NCBI RefSeq assembly: GCF_000372725.1
Contig: NW_005201851.1
Coordinates: 29,683-93,682 of the forward strand
DNA: 64,000 nucleotides
Source: Emiliania huxleyi CCMP1516
Lineage: Eukaryota
Direction of reading: 5' to 3'
The notes beneath the pieces are model-generated. The model saw only the letters and a program-made list of their open reading frames with translations, did no database searches and had not been told where the DNA came from. This document shows, in pieces, positions 1-10,570 of this stretch. A program made the position numbers and the translations under genes. The first letter of the stretch is position 1, and each line of letters opens with the position of its first letter.

Positions 1-380
1 CTGGATCTGTAAAAGGCCACCGCCTGCGCCGACCCGGGTGGCGGGGCATGGACGTGTCATGGACGTGTTCACGAGTCGGCGCGCTGGTCTGTAGTGTTGT
101 GAGGAGAGAGAGGAGGAGGGGGAGACGGGGGCAAGGGCACGGGGGAGGGGAACGGGGGGGCGGGAGGGAGGCATGTGGAGTTGCGCATGCGGCATGGTGC
201 GGGAGCCCACGCCACGCGAGTGCGCCAGCAGCCGCGCGCGGGCGGCGCGCGCCTCTCCGTCCCTTCTCGCAGTGAGGGGGGCGCGACGGGGTCGATATTA
301 AGAGACACAGCACGCACACAGATTGAACGCCTTCTCAGATCAACACCAAAGCAGACGCCCGTCACACGCCCACGGCCGAG

Positions 381-1575
381 CGTTTTTGATCTCTGGGTCA
401 GTGGGCGCCCGCCCGCCGCCTCTGAGGGGGTCGGGCCCCCTAGACTGAAAACAAAAACAAAATGCAGAAACAGTCAAAAACAGCCTGCGAGAGCGGCGCT
501 GCGCGCCGCCTACCTCGTGCGGGTGTGAGTGACCCCAAACGGTCGTCTGCATCCAAAAAACATGTAATTGGGCGAGCAAAAGCGGCGATGGTCACGCACC
601 CGCGCAGCGCCGGCTTTGAGCCACGCGCCTCGACCTTCAGAGGCGCGTGCCCCTTCCGGCATGGCGCCGAAGGTGCCCGTCGTCGTTCGCGTCGAGCTTG
701 GCAAGAAGCATCACCAATCGGGCCGCATGCACGAGGCGGAGGTGGCTCTCTCCCTTGTCGTCAGCGACGCACTCGAGAGAGCCGAGCTGGAGATTGCTGC
801 TGGCAAGCTCACGGCCAGCACTGTCAAGTGCTTTCGGACGACGGAGTTTTCGGGCACCGGCACCGTCCTCGACAACGAGGATCTGGGCGAGACGACAGTC
901 GGCATTCTGCGAGACATGTTTGGCTGCAACATCAAAGTGCTGGCGACCGCCGAGGATTCCCCTGCGACTCATGCAAACCCAGGCCGAGACGCCGAGGGCG
1001 CTGCCGCCTGCGCCCGACGGCGACCGCTACGATTACCGCCTCTTTCGCGCGCTGCTGTCGAACTTGCAGCGAGACGGCTTGAGCTTTCCAGTCCTCGATG
1101 CGAATGCCTCGGGCCAGCGCATTCTCTCTGCAATCGCGGCTCTGCAATACGTGCTTCCGTTTGACGACTCCGATCCGAGCCCGCTGCGACTGGCCGGCCG
1201 CGTCCACCTCGTCGTGCCACGCCGCTTCAAGACGGAGGCGCTCAACAATGAGACTCCTTCGGAGGACCACCACGGCGCAAAGCCATTGCGGCATGGCATT
1301 GGACTCGCGCCTCTCGGCCAAGAAGCTGCGCTCGTACGGCGAGGCCATTGCGGGCTTCATTGGCTGCGCAACGGCTCCCCCCCCCCCCCCTTCTCCGCTG
1401 AACTGCTTGCTGCTGCTGCTCGCTTTGACCTTTGTCCCAGGAGCCTGGTGCTTGTGTCTAATCGTAGTGGGGGCCCTGGCCCCCCTCTGTTTTCTGTTTT
1501 CTGTTTTTCAAAACGCCCGCCCGCCCGCCACCCCGAGGTGGCTCGGCCCCCCACTGACCCAGAGATAAAAAAACG
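381..1575. mobile_element. Putative non-autonomous DNA element bounded by imperfect inverted repeats, carrying a frameshifted ORF of unknown function (about 661-1380, +)
   Basis: CGTTTTTGATCTCTGGGTCAGTGGG (381-405) nearly matches the reverse complement of CCCACTGACCCAGAGATAAAAAAACG (about 1550-1575). An A-rich tract (about 447-473) mirrors a T-rich tract (about 1487-1509). Internal protein-like sequence (MAPKVPVVVRVELG...; ...YDYRLFRALLSNLQ...) is split across frames. Confidence 0.4.
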
Positions 1576-1669
1576 TCGGCCCACGCACCAACACACAGGC
1601 GCAAGCACGCCCCAAAATTTGCGGCCAAAAAAGAACGGTTCGCTCACTCGCGACGCATCCGACCATCTG

Positions 1670-1835
1670 CTGCTGGGGAAGTGCAGGGCGCGACCGGGCG
1701 TGCGGCAAAGGACGCAGGTGGCATCGCCGCGATTGCGGTTTCCGTTCTTGTTGCAAGCGCCGCAGAGTGCAAGGTGTCCGCAGGGCTCCATCATTGTGTC
1801 GCCATGCTCTCGGAACATACGACACACGAAAGCGC
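1670..1835 (-). pseudogene. Degenerate C3HC4-type RING finger fragment
   Basis: CRMF...MMEPCGHLALCGAC...CVLCR; the second Zn ligand is F instead of C, and no clear upstream exon is visible. Confidence 0.5.
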
Positions 1836-3461
1836 TGTCGAGGTTCGCCGAGCGCGGCGCAGGTTGAGGGAAGCCGCCACCGACGAGCGCGTTGGACTTT
1901 TCACTCCGGACAAAGACGGGCACACAGCGGACGGTGCGGGGCGTGTGCCCGTCATAGCGGCGAGGCGCGGGACCGTCTGTGGCGAAGTGGGTCGCGTCCC
2001 TCGATTTTGTTCAACGCAGCATCCACACCCTTTCTATAGAGCAGAGGCGGGTGTCCCCCTCTAACTGCACGAGAAAAAACAGCACGTCTGTATTATCTTC
2101 TCTTTGCGAGGGCGATGGGATCGCCACACACACCGCTGATCTGCAGAGCGGCCGGACGGGTGAGAAAAGAGATGGAGAGGGACGAGAGGTCGCCGTAAAC
2201 CCCGGTCCCGGTGTAGTGGCGTGCCAGGACGGTAAGAGAGGCGTCATGCGAGGGGCCCGGTCCCCCGGCCCGGTGGCGACAGCGGCGCCACGGCCTCGGC
2301 GCGGTGTCGGCCGGAGCCGCCGGGGGATGGGCGCAGGAGAGGGGAGCAGGGGCCAGGGAGAGCCCCAAACGAAGCTGAAAAAGCGCGCACACACACACGC
2401 AAACGCTTCAACGCGGACCCGCAGACCACTCCAAGACGATGCCCCAACGCCTCGCTGGACGCCCCCCGATGCGCCCGCGTCCACAGCATGCCGTACCCGA
2501 ACTGCGCCTTCGGGCCGGCGACGGAAGCGCTGCTCGAGCTCGACCCAGGCGCCAAATGCGCGAACGGCTCTGGCTGCCTCTACGTGCACGACGGCTCGGG
2601 AGTGGCGCCTGCGTCGCCTCCGAAGAGCAACCTCGCCCAGCGCATGGCTGCGGCGCGCGCGGCACGCGCCGAGCGCGCGGCTCGAGGCGTACCATCGTCG
2701 GACCTCGAGGCGCCATCGACTCCGGTCCCGAGCAAGGGCCCTGCTTCAGCAGCAAAGCGGGCCGCCGGCGGCACGCCCGGCTCAGCAGAGGCCGCCAAAA
2801 GCAAATGGCACCGCCACGATGGCGCAAGCGACGAGGAATGAGGTCCCACCGACCCCACTCACACAGACACCCGACCTTCCCACCACAAGGCGAGCCACGA
2901 CAAGCACACGCCACCACACCCCGCTAGTCTGGACAGGCCTGCTCTCGGAGAGGGGGGCTAGGGGGCCTAATCCACGGCCACAACCCCCTAGAGGCAATGG
3001 AGCTGAGAGAAGGCGCTCGGCTGCAAGGGTAGCAGAGCACCACTCCTACGCCCACGCCCCCTCAAAGACGGCAGAAACAGTCACACGCAATTAGTACATG
3101 GCCCAGCTCGCGCCATCGCCCACACTCGAGCTTTGCAGCGCGCGGGCTCACACTCTACTATAGGCCCCCTCGACGCCCACTTCGAGTTCTACTCAGCTAA
3201 GGGCCGCACTTGACGCTGTAAGCAGCGCGCGGCGGAGCAGTTTGGCGCTTGTGGTGAAATGTGGGAATCTAGCCCAAGGTCGGAGAGTTGTGTCATAGGA
3301 GAGGAGAGAGTGTGGAGATGTTTTGTGCGGGATCAGGCCCGAGTCCCTAGTGTCGCCGGAGCGGGTAGCTCCCTTTTTCGTAACAGGAACTATTTTTTTT
3401 TACCACTCCAAGACGTCCCAAGAGAATACTGTGTAGGTACTGTCTACTGTGTTCCCCTACT

Positions 3462-4116
3462 CTAACAAAGCATGCGCGACGCCGACTTCGACACGAAGCC
3501 TCGGCAGCCAGGGCAAGCCGTGTTGATCGGCTCCATGCCTCGACTCGTCTCGACCTCGCTGTCGTCGCTGAGCCAAGTGTGCAGGCAGCGGTAGTGGAAG
3601 AGGCTCTTGCAGCAGCGCGTGGCGCCCCAGCCATTAGGGTCGCGAGGCTGCAGGCGCGCCTCGGCGTGTGCGCTGAGGTCGTCCAAGCAAATGACGCACT
3701 CGAGCGCCTCCTCCTCTGCTGCTGTAGCTGCGGACACGCCTGCAACTGCGGCAGCCGCTTCCACCTCCATCTCCGACTCCTCCTCGCTATCGCTCTCCTG
3801 CTCCGCCTCCACCTCCACCTCGTCGTCCCATCACCTCGGCGCCAGCGGCAGTGGGAGCAGCGCGAGGCTGCAGCAGCTTGGCGGCGTCGGCGCGGCCGTA
3901 CTCCGAGAGAGCGTAGGCGATGGCCGCCCCTTCGGCGGTGGCGAAGTATCCGAGGTGGACATGCTTGCCGCCATCCCACACCTGTGCCACAAACTTCTTT
4001 CTGCTGCGGTCGTAGGTCACGCCCTTGTAGCCAGTCGTGCTGTTCTTGTTGATGGCTGGGATCAACACGATGTTCTCGGCCGCTGTGGTCCGCAGCGATG
4101 TGTGTGTGGGCGCCAT
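3462..4116 (-). pseudogene. AP2 DNA-binding domain plus acidic linker plus RING-H2 protein, frameshifted near 3830
   Basis: ORF 3787-4116 has NSTTGYKGVTYDRSRKKFVAQV...HLGYFATAEGAAIAYA (AP2). ORF 3462-3818 has CVICLDD...CCKSLFHYRCLHTWL...CPGCR (RING). The frames join with a 1-nt shift at GATGGGACGAC. Confidence 0.75.
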
Positions 4117-4225
4117 CGAGCGGAACGCGGCCTTCGTAGCTTTCCCCCGCCAGGGGACGGGTACAGGTCAGGAAGGTGCCCGCCGCCGCACCCCGATCGA
4201 CCTCTCCCACACGTCCAAAGAATTT

Positions 4226-4610
4226 AAACAAAAGAACTAAACAATGCCCTGTTCACGCGCGCGCGAGACGTGCAGACAGGGTTGCCAGGTGAGAGCGAAT
4301 GGCGCGGTTCACGCCTCGCACAACAGAGAGAGAGATGCGCTCTGCATGGTGGGACATAAAAGAAAGCGAGTACTTGGGCGAGTAGGCCGTGCGGTCGACG
4401 CTGCCGCGCCCGACTTTGCGCGCGAGGTGGCGCAGCTTGAGAACGGCGGTGGGCGAGAAGCCGCCGCCGAAAACGTCTCGTGGAGCAGCAGGTTGAAGCT
4501 GTTGCGCTTGACAAAGATCGCGTCGTGGTAGAAACCGCGATGCGCCTTGACGTAGCCGTGGCCGTTCTTGTGGTCGAAGGGTTGGCCGGTTTGTCTGACC
4601 CTTATGAGCC
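4226..4610 (-). mobile_element. 3' fragment of a CRE-like, RLE-type non-LTR retrotransposon
   Basis: GFYHDAIFVKRNSFNLLLHETF/GGGFSPTAVLKLRHLARK...FMSHHAERISLSVVRGVNRAI resembles the RLE C-terminus (..L..E..GG ... R.S....RG). It is frameshifted and has a short T-rich 3' tail. Confidence 0.6.
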
Positions 4611-4950
4611 AAGACAAGCAACAAAACGCGCGCCTCGTCGCCAGAGAGCTTCTTGGCGTCAAGATGCTCGCTCTGGAGCTGCCTTGAAGCCTCGCCATGA
4701 GTCTTCTCGACCCCGCGTTCCGCCCCGGGCGTCGCGCCGCGGCGGCGCCAGCAGGTGGGCTCCGGCGCCGCCCCGCGCGCGCGCACGCGCGGCGGCGACG
4801 GTGCTGCCGCCCGGCGCACGGGGCGATGGACTTCTTTTTTATCAGCAGCGCGGCCGCCATGCGGTGCGACGTCGTGCCCGCCGCTTTTCGGCGTTCGGAT
4901 TTCTTTTTTTCTCAGCCCCTTGAAGCGGCCCCCCTGGCCGTGTGGCCGTC

Positions 4951-6078
4951 ATGACCCGCGCCCCACTCGGTGCCGTCTCGTCCAACGGTGCGCACCAGCG
5001 CGCCGTGAGCGTCCCGTCGCGCTACGCCGCCCAGCCCAAGCCGACCGGCATGCCGACGCTGCGCTCTCAGCTCGAGACGGCGAGGAGCGAGTTGGAGTCA
5101 GTGCGGCGCGAGCTGGAGCGGTGCCGGGCACAGGAGAAGGCGGCGAGAGCCGATGCGGCGGTGGCGGAGACGGCAGCGGCGGCCCGCGCCGCAGAGGCGG
5201 CCGAGGCGGCGCGGGCAGAGGCGGAGGCGGCGGAGAGAGCAGACCGGGCGGTGGCGGAGCGGCGGCCGCTGCAGGCCGCGGTTGCGGAGGGGGAGGAGGC
5301 CGCCGCGGAGGGTCGCGTTGCGAGGGCGGCACTGGCGTCGGAGCTCGAGCTCGCCGACTCGCATCTTGAAGAGGCGCACCGGGCGGCGCAGGCGTGGTGC
5401 TCGCAGGCCTGCTCCCTCGGAGCGCAGCTGGGACCGCTGCCCGGCAAGCTGTCCGCACTCGAGGCGGCGCTCGCAGCAGAGCAGCGGCGGAGTGCGCAGC
5501 TCTCTTCCTCCCTCGACACGGCGCGAGACTCGATCGCGCAGCTGCGCGACGTGTCCTTACCCGCGCTGGCGCGAGATGTCGAGGCGCAGCGCGCGCGCGC
5601 CGACGCCGCCGATCGGCGGGCTGGGCTCGTGCGGCGGCGGCTCGCCGCGCGGGACGAGGCGTTGGGTGCGCAGGCGGCCGCGCTGGACCGGCTGGCGGCG
5701 GCGCTCGGGGAGGCGGAGGGGGAGGAGGGCCTCGCCGGGCTCGCGCGGCGTGCGCTCGGCTCGCTGAGCGGTTATGCCGTCGAGTCTGCTGCGGCGGCGG
5801 GCAGCCCGCGGCTGGATGCGGCGCAAGGCTGCCTCGTGCGGCTGTGTCGCGCGGCCGACTCGATGGCAGAATGGTTGCCTGCGTGCGCTGCGGCGCGTGG
5901 CCGAGAGGCGAGGCAGCTGGCCGAGCTGGCGCAGGCGGAGGCGGAGGAGGAGGAGCGCGCGGCAGGCGGCGCAGGCGAGTCGGCCTCGGGTGGGGGCGGG
6001 GGCGGCCTCTCGCCCGGCGCGTGGAGCGCGCGCAAGCCTCCTCGCCGCGCCGCGGGGGCGTCGCCCCTCCTGTTTTGA
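4951..6078 (+). CDS. Ala/Glu/Arg-rich coiled-coil hypothetical protein
   Basis: Intact ORF of about 375 codons from ATG 4951 with heptad-like periodicity, preceded by a TTTCTTTTTT motif. Confidence 0.55.
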   Translation: MTRAPLGAVSSNGAHQRAVSVPSRYAAQPKPTGMPTLRSQLETARSELESVRRELERCRAQEKAARADAAVAETAAAARAAEAAEAARAEAEAAERADRAVAERRPLQAAVAEGEEAAAEGRVARAALASELELADSHLEEAHRAAQAWCSQACSLGAQLGPLPGKLSALEAALAAEQRRSAQLSSSLDTARDSIAQLRDVSLPALARDVEAQRARADAADRRAGLVRRRLAARDEALGAQAAALDRLAAALGEAEGEEGLAGLARRALGSLSGYAVESAAAAGSPRLDAAQGCLVRLCRAADSMAEWLPACAAARGREARQLAELAQAEAEEEERAAGGAGESASGGGGGGLSPGAWSARKPPRRAAGASPLLF

Positions 6079-6989
6079 AGCAAGGGGCGAGGGGGGGGGG
6101 GGGGGACATAGCTGCCCTGACCTTATCAAGGTTGGGGCGGCGATTGCCGAATGCGTGCGGACTGGCGTATGTGAGAGAGAGATTTTAGAAAGCCAACAAG
6201 AAATCACGACCCTCACAGTGATTTGGGCTCGGCAGCTTGTCAGCCCTCAGCCGAAGGCGAAGCGGGGGCCGGTCCCGTGTAGCAGCCTTCTCGTATGTGC
6301 ATAAAAGTTTGTTTGTTTTGAAAGCAGCAAGCATGTTGAAAAAAAAATTGCTAACGCGAAAAACCGGCACACCAATCTCCCTTCCTCTCCCTATCCTTTC
6401 TTGGAGCTCTAGAGTCCACACCCCCCTGCCCCGGGATCGCGTACAAGCTGAGGCTACCGTAGGCCACACTAGCGTCGCTGGGGGTTCCCTGCCCTAGATG
6501 GGAAGCTGGCCGCTGATCCGAAGACCGACTGCACCAGGGCGCCTAGATATACTCAAGGTGAGCGAGGGTGAAGTTACGCCTTAAATGCCTGTCTCTCTAC
6601 TGTGGACCTTACTCCGAGCTCGACGGCTCCTCCTATTCCCCCACCCCCCCTCCCCCCCCACTCTCTCCGAGTAAGGGCGTGCGCTACGTCCCCAAGGGGG
6701 GGGGGACGTGGGGGGGAGGTGTGACTTTTGGGTTGTGGCGTTTGGGTTTTTGTGGGGCACCCAAACGGTTTCGGTTTTCCTCCTTGGTGCCCCGAGTAGA
6801 GCGCGATCTCCCCTGGAGTCTGTCGCGCCCGTTCTGTCTAAGCTCGAGGTTCAACCTTCCAGTTGATCCTTATCGGACTGGTGAGGTCTGCCTAGCCGTC
6901 GTAGTGTAGTGCCTGGGGTGCGTCTGCGTCGGTGCTACACACACTCGGCAGGACGCTGCTGTAAATCGTTGCTGCTGGTCGTCGCTGTT

Positions 6990-8865
6990 TGTTAAACGAA
7001 TTTCGCCATGGTGTTTTTTCTTTTTATGCTTATGGCAGTAAAAAGAAACGGAAACGTGTGCGGCAGGCGCGGGCTCGGTCGATATCCCATACTTCGACTC
7101 ACATCTTCACTGCTGCGGTGTGTGCCCGGGGAGGCGCGGCGGCGGGGTGGATTGAGAAGGTCTCAGAATGCAGAGAAGCTGCAGGCGTGCAGAGGCGCGC
7201 GCTGCAGTTTCTCTGATCGGGCTGCTGGCGGTGTGCGCGAGACGGCGTGGTGAGGCGTGAGGCAGGCTATTGTAGTGGGGTGCGGGCTGCGTCTAAGCGT
7301 ATGCGTGCACATGGTGCTGTATGCTGTGTGTGCAGGCAGGCTGACAGGCTGTGCACAGCAGACTGGGCGGATGAGCGAGCGCGCGTGCGGGCGTGCGTGC
7401 GCGCCTGGGCCTGCGCGGTGCCGTCGCACTCGGACTCGCGGCGCGTCCTAGTACAGCCGCTTGTGGGATGCCAGAAGCAGTCTGCAGAGCCTGCACAGGG
7501 CGCAAAAAGGCGCAGGTGTGCTGGTGAGGTGTGCTGCGGCGCGCGCGTCGCGGCGTGAGTGGATGTGCGGCTTGCTCTGGTGGTGCGAGGGGCGCGCAGC
7601 TGGTGCGGGCGGCGCGGGACGGCCATGGGGCGCCAGCACAGGGCAGACGCACATGGCACAGCTCTGAAATGGCGCTGCGCGTGTTTGCGTGCGCGCGGGG
7701 ACGTACGCGCAGTTTTCACGCGGTGTGCGTGGAGAAGGGCATGAGAGGCGCCGGCCGCGCGTGTGTTGTCGTGTGGGAGTTCGGAGTATGCCCGGAGGGC
7801 GTGCCCGTAGGCGACTAGACTTCGCACTGGCGCCGGAGGCCCCAGATATGAAGAAAAGTTTCAGCAAGCATGTTGCCGGCGCTGGTAGATGATCTCTCGG
7901 AGAAGAGCCGGAGGGACCTTGGCGCCGGGGTCACGAGGAACTTGCAAGTCGTGGCCGAGGCGGCGACGGGAGCGGTGCAGAGGTGGATCCAGCTCAATGA
8001 TGAGGCTACGGCGCGCATAATGAAGAGAGAGGAACACATCGAGTGGCTGAGGAAGCTCTTCACTGGGTGGAAGGAGGCTCGGCCGGCCTTGAGGGAGTCG
8101 CGGAGGAGGAGGGATAACGGAGGTAACGTGCAGACAGGCCAGCAGCCAGTGGGACGAACGAGGGCCGCGACGGCGGCTCAAGCGGGAGGGAGCGGAGACA
8201 GTGGGCAGCGAGCGAAGTGGGTGAGACTGATGATGCTCCTTCGACTTAGGGAACGGTTCAGCTGCTGGGCGGGCTTCAGGCTGGTGCTCACGCGAAAAGG
8301 AATCGACGCGATGTACAAAGCATACAAGAAGAGGAGAAAGAAGAGGACGGACATCAGAGAGAGATTTTTAGCAATACCAAACAAATCTAACACTCACACT
8401 TGTTGTTTTGTTGTTTTTGACATCAGTGATGACGAAACAGAAGCTAGCGCAGACGAGGGCAGGGCAGACCCGGGGACGGCGGAGCCGGAGCAGACGGCAT
8501 CGGCCGCCGAGGGAACGTTGGGAAGAGGCACGAGGAGGGCGGCGACCTCGACCGACTATGGAGGACCCGTCGCCAGACGACGCAGGGCAGAAGACGGTGA
8601 GGCGGAGCAGACGCGCAGGGCGAGACGAGGGAGGGAGCAGGACTTTGCGGAGATCAGCAGGAGGATGTACGACGAGATTAGGAGCAGCAGGGACCCGAGG
8701 GACCATGTGGAAGACGGCTAGTGCTAGTCCCCCATCGGGAGGACGACCCCGGCTAGTCGCCGACCACACCCACAAAGAACCCTGCACAAAGACCGCAGGG
8801 CGGGGACCTGTTCCTTTTTACCCATCTCCTAGTAGAGGTGTCCGTTTTATTTATTTATTTATTAG
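6990..8865 (+). mobile_element. Probable decayed 3' portion of a non-LTR retroelement
   Basis: Broken ORFs, CAG/CTG/TG-rich decay, a charged C-terminal ORF (7870-8721), and a (TTTA)n tail at about 8845-8862. No RT motifs are visible. Confidence 0.35.
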
Positions 8866-9030
8866 CAAGCAAGGCGCCGATATTTCTTATTCTTTTTCGC
8901 GCGATGTGCCGGCACATTTCTTTTGTTGGGGTAAATTCTTTTTCTCGCGAGGTTGGCAACCCGTGAGAACAAAACGGAAACAGATCTGTTTCGAAACACC
9001 GCTAGAAGCATGAAAATTCTTTTTCTCGCG

Positions 9031-10449
9031 ATGTCCACCCCGCCGCGCCGCCGCTCGCGCCGCCTCGCCTCCGCCGGCGCCACCGCCTCGCCTCACACAC
9101 CGCCGCCCGCCCGTCTCCTCGACCTGCCCTCGGAGCTCCTCGAGCGCGTCCTCTCTCGCTGCGACAGCCCCCTCGACATCGCCCGTGTCGCAGCCGTCTC
9201 GCTGCTCTTCCACGCCTCGCTTGCGGTGGAGGGCATCCGCTTGTGGGCGCAAGAGCGCGGCTTCGAGCTGCCGGCGCAGCCAGAGGGTGAGAGCTGCGCC
9301 GTGCGGTGGGTGTGCTTTGCGGCGTTTCGCGAGTCCAACGCGCCGGCGAGAGCGGCGGCAAGCCATTGGCACAGCGTTTTCATTGACGGCGAGGGGCGGC
9401 TCTCGTCGTGCGGCTCCGCGCCGACCTTCGACCCATCGGTACTCGGGCACGGTGAGGGCGTGCTGCGGCTCAACACGCCGACCCGCCTCCCGTCGATGCT
9501 GGGTGAGCGCGCCGTGAGCGTGTCGGCTAGAGACACCCACAGCCTCGCCCTCTCCGCCGACAGCACTGTCTGGAGCTGGGGCATTGGAGGCTACGGCCAG
9601 TTGGGCCACGGCAACCAGCAGAACCAGCTGCAGCCCAAGAAGATCGAGGCCTTGGCTGACCAGCGCGTCATCGCTGTGTCGGCTGGACGCGACCATAGCC
9701 TCGCACTCACCGCCGACGGAGCCGTCTGGAGCTGGGGCCATGGAGCCTATGGCCGGCTGGGCCACGGCGACCAGCAGGCCCAGTGGCAGCCAAAAAAGGT
9801 TGAGGCCTTTGCTGGCCAGCGCGTCATTGCTTTGTCGGCGGGATACTTCCACAGCCTGGCCCTCACCGCCAACGGCAGCGTCTGGAGCTGGGGCTGGGGA
9901 GCCTTTGGCAAGCTGGGCCACGGCGACCAGCAGAACCAGCTGCTGCCCAAAAAGATCGAGGCCTTTGCCGGCCAGCGCGCCGTCGCCGTGTCGGCGGGAG
10001 GCAACCACAGCCTCGTCATCACCGCCGACGGCGCCGTCTGGAGCTGGGGCTGGGGAGGCTTTGGCAAGCTGGGCCACGGCGACTTTCAGCAGCAGCTGCA
10101 GCCAAAGAAGATCGAGGCGTTGTCTGGCCAGCGCGTCGTCGCTGTGTCGGCTGGAGGCAACCGCAGCCTCGCAATCACCGCCGACGGCGCCGTCTGGAGC
10201 TGGGGCTTGGGAGCGTATGGCCAGCTGGGCCATGGCGACGAGGAGGACCAGTGGCAGCCAAAGAAGATCGAGGCCTTGGCTGGCCAGCGCGTCGTCTCCG
10301 TGTCGGCCGGAACATGGCACAGCATCGCCCGCACCACGGATGGCGCTGTCTTTGCCTGGGGCAAGGGCGAGCACGGCTGCCTAGGCTACGGAGAGGACCT
10401 GTCAAACCAGCTGCTGCCCAAAAAGATCGAGGCGTGGGCGCAGGAATGA
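9031..10449 (+). CDS. F-box-like plus RCC1-repeat protein (copy 1), intronless
   Basis: N-terminal LLDLPSELLERVLSRC...DIARVAAVS (F-box-like), followed by about 7 RCC1 repeats of the form HSLALTADGAVWSWG.G..GQLGHG. Confidence 0.9.
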   Translation: MSTPPRRRSRRLASAGATASPHTPPPARLLDLPSELLERVLSRCDSPLDIARVAAVSLLFHASLAVEGIRLWAQERGFELPAQPEGESCAVRWVCFAAFRESNAPARAAASHWHSVFIDGEGRLSSCGSAPTFDPSVLGHGEGVLRLNTPTRLPSMLGERAVSVSARDTHSLALSADSTVWSWGIGGYGQLGHGNQQNQLQPKKIEALADQRVIAVSAGRDHSLALTADGAVWSWGHGAYGRLGHGDQQAQWQPKKVEAFAGQRVIALSAGYFHSLALTANGSVWSWGWGAFGKLGHGDQQNQLLPKKIEAFAGQRAVAVSAGGNHSLVITADGAVWSWGWGGFGKLGHGDFQQQLQPKKIEALSGQRVVAVSAGGNRSLAITADGAVWSWGLGAYGQLGHGDEEDQWQPKKIEALAGQRVVSVSAGTWHSIARTTDGAVFAWGKGEHGCLGYGEDLSNQLLPKKIEAWAQE

Positions 10450-10570
10450 GGTCACGGTTGTGCCTGTGGCACGAGGGTTGAGTTTCCGTTGCAGAGTCAC
10501 CGGCGGGCAGCACAGTTTTTTTTGTAAGCTGTCACACTCTAGCACTAAAACTTAGATCCTCGTCTCCTCC

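Noticed and set aside
2488..2841. Cys/His motif ORF (CANGSGCLYVH) as a CCCH or gag-like gene
   Set aside because: Spacing is atypical and the context is decayed; support is insufficient.
6400..6910. Possible HDV-like ribozyme, tRNA-derived SINE or primer-binding site
   Set aside because: I could not build a consistent pseudoknot or cloverleaf by eye; a covariance-model search would be needed.
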